Shown piece after piece: positions 6,265-10,428 of a stretch of DNA of 10,428 nucleotides (within the stretch, counting starts at the first letter, position 1; each line of letters begins with the position of its first letter). Origin of the DNA: Myxococcota bacterium. Its GTDB lineage: Bacteria > Myxococcota > JACRCW01. Location: the NCBI GenBank assembly GCA_040752415.1, contig JBFMGU010000332.1, positions 1 to 10,428 of the forward strand, written 5' to 3'. The translations under genes and the position numbers were made by a program. The notes beneath the pieces are model-generated. The model ran no database searches, was not told where the DNA came from, and was given only the letters and a program-made list of their open reading frames with translations.

Positions 6265-8133
6265 GTGTTGCGGCTGCGGTACTTCCTGGGAACCTGGCTC
6301 TTGGCGGTTGTTGCGTGCACCTCGCCTCATGGGGCGCCCGGTGTGCTGTCACTCCAACAAGGCTGGCTGCTGATTGATGCCACGTTGACGTCGCCACCGG
6401 CGGCGGATGACCCGCGCTGGGTCCCCGTGTCCCTGCCCGACGCCTGGCGAGGAGAGCGCGCCTATCACGGCGGCCTGGGTTGGTACCGGTTCCACGTGCC
6501 CGCGCCGGGGGAGACCAGCCAGCGGTGGGCGTTGTATCTGCCCGCGGCCAACATGACGGCGGATGCCTACGTGAACGGGCACTCCGTGGGCTCCGGCGGC
6601 CGACTCACCCCGCCCGTCTCACGGAACTTCTCCAGCCCGCTCTACTTTGTGTTTCCCTCGTCACTGTTGGACAAGGTGGACAACCGGATTGACATTGTGC
6701 TGGGCGCGGTGCCCTACAACCAGGCCATGCTGGACCGCGTGTGGCTTGGCCCGGATGACGCGCTGCGCCCCAGCTACAACGTCGACGACGTCCTGCGTGG
6801 CACCCTGCCGTGGTCCGAGACGCTGCTCTCCTTCCTCATGGCGGGCCTGATGGCGGCGTTGTGGCTCTCCAGCCGGGAGCGCGTGTACGGCACCTTCAGC
6901 CTGGTGGGCCTGTTCTACGGCATCTCCAGCCTCAACTACTGGGTGCACAACCCGCCGCTGGATTTCTGGACGTGGGAACGGGTCATCCACAGCGCGCTGT
7001 TCGCGTTTGTGGTGGCGCTGGCCATCTGGGCCCGCCAGTTCCTGGCGCTGCGCAGCGTGCAACGGGAGCGTGCGCTGGTGGCTACCGGCGCGGTGGCCAT
7101 CACCATCATGGCGTTGCTGCCCACGCCGGTGTTCCTCTCCTCGGTGGTGTGGCTGCACTGCCTCACGTTCTCCATTGCCGCGTACGCGTGTGGCTCCATC
7201 CTGATGAACATCCGTCGGCTGGGGCAGGGGGAACGCGTCATCTACATCGTCGGCAGCGTGGTGAGCCTGGCGGTGGGCGCGCACGACGTGGTGCTCAACC
7301 TGGGAGTGCTTCCTCCCGGCGCCAGATACCTGATGCCGCATGAGGCGCCGCTCTTTGTGTTGACCTTCGGTGTGTCGCTGTTGCGCCGGTTTGCGCATTC
7401 CCTCCGGGAGGCGGAAGACCTGGGGCGGACCCTGGAGCGGCGCGTAGAGGAGAGGCGCGTCCAGATTGAGGAGAGCTACCGCAAGCTGCGCCAACTGGAG
7501 CACGACAAGCTGCTGAGCGCGGAGCGGGACCGCATGATCCGCGAGATGCACGACGGCCTGGGCAGCCAGCTCACGTCGGCGTTGGCCCTGATTGAGCGCG
7601 GTGTCGACGTGCCACCCCATCTCTCGGTGACGTTGCGGGGCGCGCTGGATGAGATGCGGTTGGTGATCGGGTCTCTGGATTCCGAGCCGCGGGAGGTGTC
7701 GGAGGTGCTCGGCGTGCTGCGGCCGCGGCTTCAGCCCATTCTCGACGCTGCGGGCATCACCCTGGAGTGGCGCATGGAGGTGGCGCAGGAGCTCCGCCCC
7801 TTTGGTCCGGAGGAATCCCTGCACATCCTGCGCATTGTCCAGGAGGCCATTGCCAACGTCATCAAGCACGCACGCGCGTCGCGGGTCACGGTTCGCACCG
7901 GTCTCGTCGAAGGCACCGCGCGCATCCTGGTGTCCGTCTCCGACAACGGCCAGGGTTTTGATCCCACCGGCGGCGGTGCGGGGCGCGGGCTTTCACACAT
8001 GAAGCGGCGGGCACAGGCGCTGGGCGGGCACCTGGAGGTGGAATCCGGCAGCGCGGGGACAAGGCTCACGCTGGTCATCCCCACCGCGGCGCAACCCGAC
8101 GAGCCCCGGCCGCATCCCGGCGCGGGAGCTTGA
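6265..8133 (+). CDS. Membrane sensor histidine kinase: GH2-N-like jelly-roll ectodomain, 7TM-DISM-type helices, HisKA_3 and HATPase_c
   Basis: Ectodomain motifs are WVPVSLPDAW, GLGWYRFHV and AYVNGHSVG, followed by seven hydrophobic segments. The H-box is ERDRMIREMHDGLGSQL (His at 7549-7551), the N-box is QEAIANVIKHA, G1 is DNGQGF and G2 is GRGLSHMKRRA. The start is GTG 6265 or TTG 6268. Confidence 0.93.
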   Translation: MLRLRYFLGTWLLAVVACTSPHGAPGVLSLQQGWLLIDATLTSPPAADDPRWVPVSLPDAWRGERAYHGGLGWYRFHVPAPGETSQRWALYLPAANMTADAYVNGHSVGSGGRLTPPVSRNFSSPLYFVFPSSLLDKVDNRIDIVLGAVPYNQAMLDRVWLGPDDALRPSYNVDDVLRGTLPWSETLLSFLMAGLMAALWLSSRERVYGTFSLVGLFYGISSLNYWVHNPPLDFWTWERVIHSALFAFVVALAIWARQFLALRSVQRERALVATGAVAITIMALLPTPVFLSSVVWLHCLTFSIAAYACGSILMNIRRLGQGERVIYIVGSVVSLAVGAHDVVLNLGVLPPGARYLMPHEAPLFVLTFGVSLLRRFAHSLREAEDLGRTLERRVEERRVQIEESYRKLRQLEHDKLLSAERDRMIREMHDGLGSQLTSALALIERGVDVPPHLSVTLRGALDEMRLVIGSLDSEPREVSEVLGVLRPRLQPILDAAGITLEWRMEVAQELRPFGPEESLHILRIVQEAIANVIKHARASRVTVRTGLVEGTARILVSVSDNGQGFDPTGGGAGRGLSHMKRRAQALGGHLEVESGSAGTRLTLVIPTAAQPDEPRPHPGAGA

Positions 8134-8239
8134 CGGTCTTGTCCCATGGACATGCGACACCCCGCGTTTTCCGACGCTGCGCGAGGGAGCGCGGTGGTGC
8201 TCGACGGGTGGAGTGGATAGCGTCTTCGTCGTGAATCCC

Positions 8240-8890
8240 ATGGAAACCACGCGGCCGATGCGGGTGCTGATCCTGGAGGACCGGCCGGAGCTGGTGGAGG
8301 CCGTGAAGCACGCCCTGGGGCGCGAGCCCCGCTGCTCCCTGGTGGCGGTGTGTCCCACGCTGCAAGCGGGCATCTCCACCATCCAGCGCGGCCTGCAGGC
8401 GGAGGTGGCGCTGGTGGATCTGCAGCTGCCGGATGGCACCGGCCACACGTTCCTTCCCTCCTTGAAAGCGGCATTGCCGGAGTGCAGCGCCGTGATCTGG
8501 ACCCAGTTTGACGACGACGACAATCTCTTTGAGGCGTTGAAGCAGGGTGCCAGCGGCTACCTGCTCAAGTCCACACCGGCGGCGCAGATTGTCCAGGCGT
8601 TGTTGGATGTTTCCGAGGGAGGCGCGCCCATGACGCCGGCCATTGCGCGGCGCGTGCTGGCGTCCTTCCGACCGGAGACCAGGGCGGCCAGCCCACTGGA
8701 AGCGCTCAGCGAGCGGGAGCGCACGGTGCTGAAGCGGCTCTCCCACGGATACTCCTATGCGGAGATTGCCGAGGAGCTGGGAGTGTCGCTGGCCACGGTG
8801 CAGACGTACATCCGGCGCACCTACGCCAAGCTCAATGTCCACACCAAGGCGGAAGCCACGCTGCTGGCCACCAAGGCGGGAATCACGTGA
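8240..8890 (+). CDS. NarL/FixJ-family response regulator (REC + LuxR HTH)
   Basis: Motifs are VLILED, phosphoacceptor ALVDLQLPDG (Asp at 8417-8419), GASGYLLK and the HTH LSERERTVL..GYSYAEIAEELGVSLATVQTYIRRTYAKL. It lies directly downstream of a HisKA_3 kinase. The start is uncertain (8213, 8240 or 8258). Confidence 0.95.
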   Translation: METTRPMRVLILEDRPELVEAVKHALGREPRCSLVAVCPTLQAGISTIQRGLQAEVALVDLQLPDGTGHTFLPSLKAALPECSAVIWTQFDDDDNLFEALKQGASGYLLKSTPAAQIVQALLDVSEGGAPMTPAIARRVLASFRPETRAASPLEALSERERTVLKRLSHGYSYAEIAEELGVSLATVQTYIRRTYAKLNVHTKAEATLLATKAGIT

Positions 8891-8908
8891 AGGTACCGGT
8901 CCGCCCGG

Positions 8909-10303
8909 TCACCAGAACCCCAGCACCGGTTCCAGCATCATCCGCCCCACCACACCCAGCGGACGGAACGGCGTGGCCGCGCGCGGGTGCAGCCGGTAGG
9001 CATTGCGACGCAGGTTCTCGTCGAAGAACGCGCGCGCGTCCGCGGCCAGCACGGGGTCTTCCACCTCGAAGGCCATCTCGTCATTGGCGGCGCTGCTGGC
9101 CACGTTCAGGTTGTGCGAGCCGAAGAACACCGTGTCTCCCACCACCGCGAGCTTCAGGTGCAGGAAGTCCCACGGCTCCCGGGAGACCTTCTGGAACAGG
9201 TACACCTCGGCCCCCGCCGCGGCGAGGTCGTCGATGTCCCGTAGCGATGCCATCCAGGCGAACGTGGTGATCGGCGGGGCCACCAGTCCCTCGTTGGTGA
9301 ACATCACCACGCGCACGCCCCGACGGTGCGCCGTCAACACCGCCTGCTTCGCGCGCGGGTGGAGCATCGCGTACATCGACGTGAAACGGATCTCCTCGCC
9401 CGGGCCTGCGCGCTCCACCCGCTCCACGAACGCGTCGATCATCGGGTCGTGCAGCACCGTGAGGCGCTCTTCCCACGTGGCGGGCTCCCGGCGTTCCGCT
9501 TTGAGTCGCGCCATCTGCCGCACGAAGTCGAAGTGGAGCACACGCCCGCGTCCCGTCGTCGACGTGGTCACCGACCGCGGCCGGTGCAGCCAGTGGATGA
9601 GCGACTCCAGCTCCGCGGCCATGCCCTCTCTGGCCTGGTAGTGCGGAAGGTGCTGGCGGCGTTGCTTGGCGGTGGGGCGCGGGCGCGTGAACGCGGGCTT
9701 GTAGACCTCACCGTAGGTGCGCGCGTCTTCCCACAGCGCGTCAAAGGCCTGCGCGGTGTGCTCGGCGAGCGGGCCCTTCATGGCGAAGGACACGTCGAGC
9801 CAGCGCAGGTTCATCTCCGCGTGCCCACGACCCGTGGTCAGCGCCCACGTGCGATCCACCACCAGCACCTTGCCGTGGATTCCGTCGCTGGGATGCCAGC
9901 CGTTCCGCACCACCGACGTGGGCGAGCCGAACACCACGTACTCGATGGGCACGGCGGCGGGCGGATTGGTGGTGTAGCTCGGGGACTCGTTGAACGGGTG
10001 GTACAGGTACTGGAAGAACCACTGCGTGATGACGCGGACCTTCACGCCGCGGTTGGCCGCCTCGCGCAGCGCGCTGAGCACGGGGAGGCCCACGGCCTCG
10101 TCGTCACCCTGCTCGTAGAGCACCAGGTCCACGCTGCTGCGCGCCTGGCGGATCATGTAGAGGCGCAGCTCCAGGTCCACCGCGGGGTCGCCCACCAGCC
10201 GCGTCTCGGATTCCACCGGCACCCACGGCGAGGCCGCCGCCCGCACCTCGTGGGAAAGCCCCAGCACCAGCACCAGCACCAGCGTCACCAGCAACCTGGA
10301 CAT
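8909..10303 (-). CDS. Secreted phospholipase D superfamily protein (cardiolipin synthase/YmdC-like, two HKD domains)
   Basis: Sec-type signal MSRLLVTLVLVLVLGLSHEVRAA. PLD motifs are IRQARSSVDL, AANRGVKVRVI, HKD1 HGKVLVVD (9877-9854) and HKD2 HLKLAVVGD..GSHNLN (9160-9134). GGAGG lies 9 nt upstream of the ATG. Confidence 0.9.
   Translation of the reverse strand: MSRLLVTLVLVLVLGLSHEVRAAASPWVPVESETRLVGDPAVDLELRLYMIRQARSSVDLVLYEQGDDEAVGLPVLSALREAANRGVKVRVITQWFFQYLYHPFNESPSYTTNPPAAVPIEYVVFGSPTSVVRNGWHPSDGIHGKVLVVDRTWALTTGRGHAEMNLRWLDVSFAMKGPLAEHTAQAFDALWEDARTYGEVYKPAFTRPRPTAKQRRQHLPHYQAREGMAAELESLIHWLHRPRSVTTSTTGRGRVLHFDFVRQMARLKAERREPATWEERLTVLHDPMIDAFVERVERAGPGEEIRFTSMYAMLHPRAKQAVLTAHRRGVRVVMFTNEGLVAPPITTFAWMASLRDIDDLAAAGAEVYLFQKVSREPWDFLHLKLAVVGDTVFFGSHNLNVASSAANDEMAFEVEDPVLAADARAFFDENLRRNAYRLHPRAATPFRPLGVVGRMMLEPVLGFW
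10261..10283. repeat. Hexanucleotide tandem repeat (CCAGCA)x~3.8 encoding the LVLVLVL signal-peptide core
   Basis: Directly visible. The unit length of 6 keeps the reading frame. Confidence 0.7.
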
Positions 10304-10428
10304 CGCGCGGATCCTCCACGACGACGCGGAGCAAGGTGCGGGCCAGGGCTCTTTCCCGGGGCGCCGCGGGCGGGGTGGTAGGAGGTTGGTGTGGAAGCGG
10401 TGGGGCGGGACCGGTTTGCCGGTGGGGG

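Noticed and set aside
10261..10283. Phase variation via the hexamer repeat in the PLD signal peptide
   Set aside because: Fewer than four units, in frame, and explained by the preferred GTG/CTG codons.
10340..10428. G-tract clusters (possible G-quadruplex), also at 88-137
   Set aside because: Loop lengths are irregular and such tracts are common at this GC content. The 5' G-tracts are explained by the hairpin stem, and the 3' region is truncated by the window edge.

Overview
GC-rich bacterial window, roughly 70% GC by eye. The DGG/DAG-linker lipoprotein with Cys-rich repeats suggests Myxococcota, which is an inference. Seven well-supported CDSs are present. (1) A 995-aa lipoprotein with a stand-alone Reg_prop-like beta-propeller region and four Cys-rich C-terminal repeats (+). 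(2) A YkuE-like calcineurin-fold metallophosphoesterase (+). (3) An all-coiled-coil protein behind a sigma54-type motif (-). (4) A protein with two tandem, cysteine-free LprI/DUF1311-like domains and no signal peptide (-). (5) A 7TM-DISM-type HisKA_3 sensor kinase with a GH2-like jelly-roll ectodomain (+). (6) Its NarL/LuxR response regulator (+). (7) A secreted phospholipase D-superfamily protein with two deviant HKD motifs (-). The first ~110 nt contain a strongly structured non-coding element. I saw no rRNA, tRNA, CRISPR array or mobile element. The most unusual items are the tandem Cys-less LprI protein, the 5' structured element and the lipoprotein architecture. All family calls come from motif recognition by eye; no searches were run.
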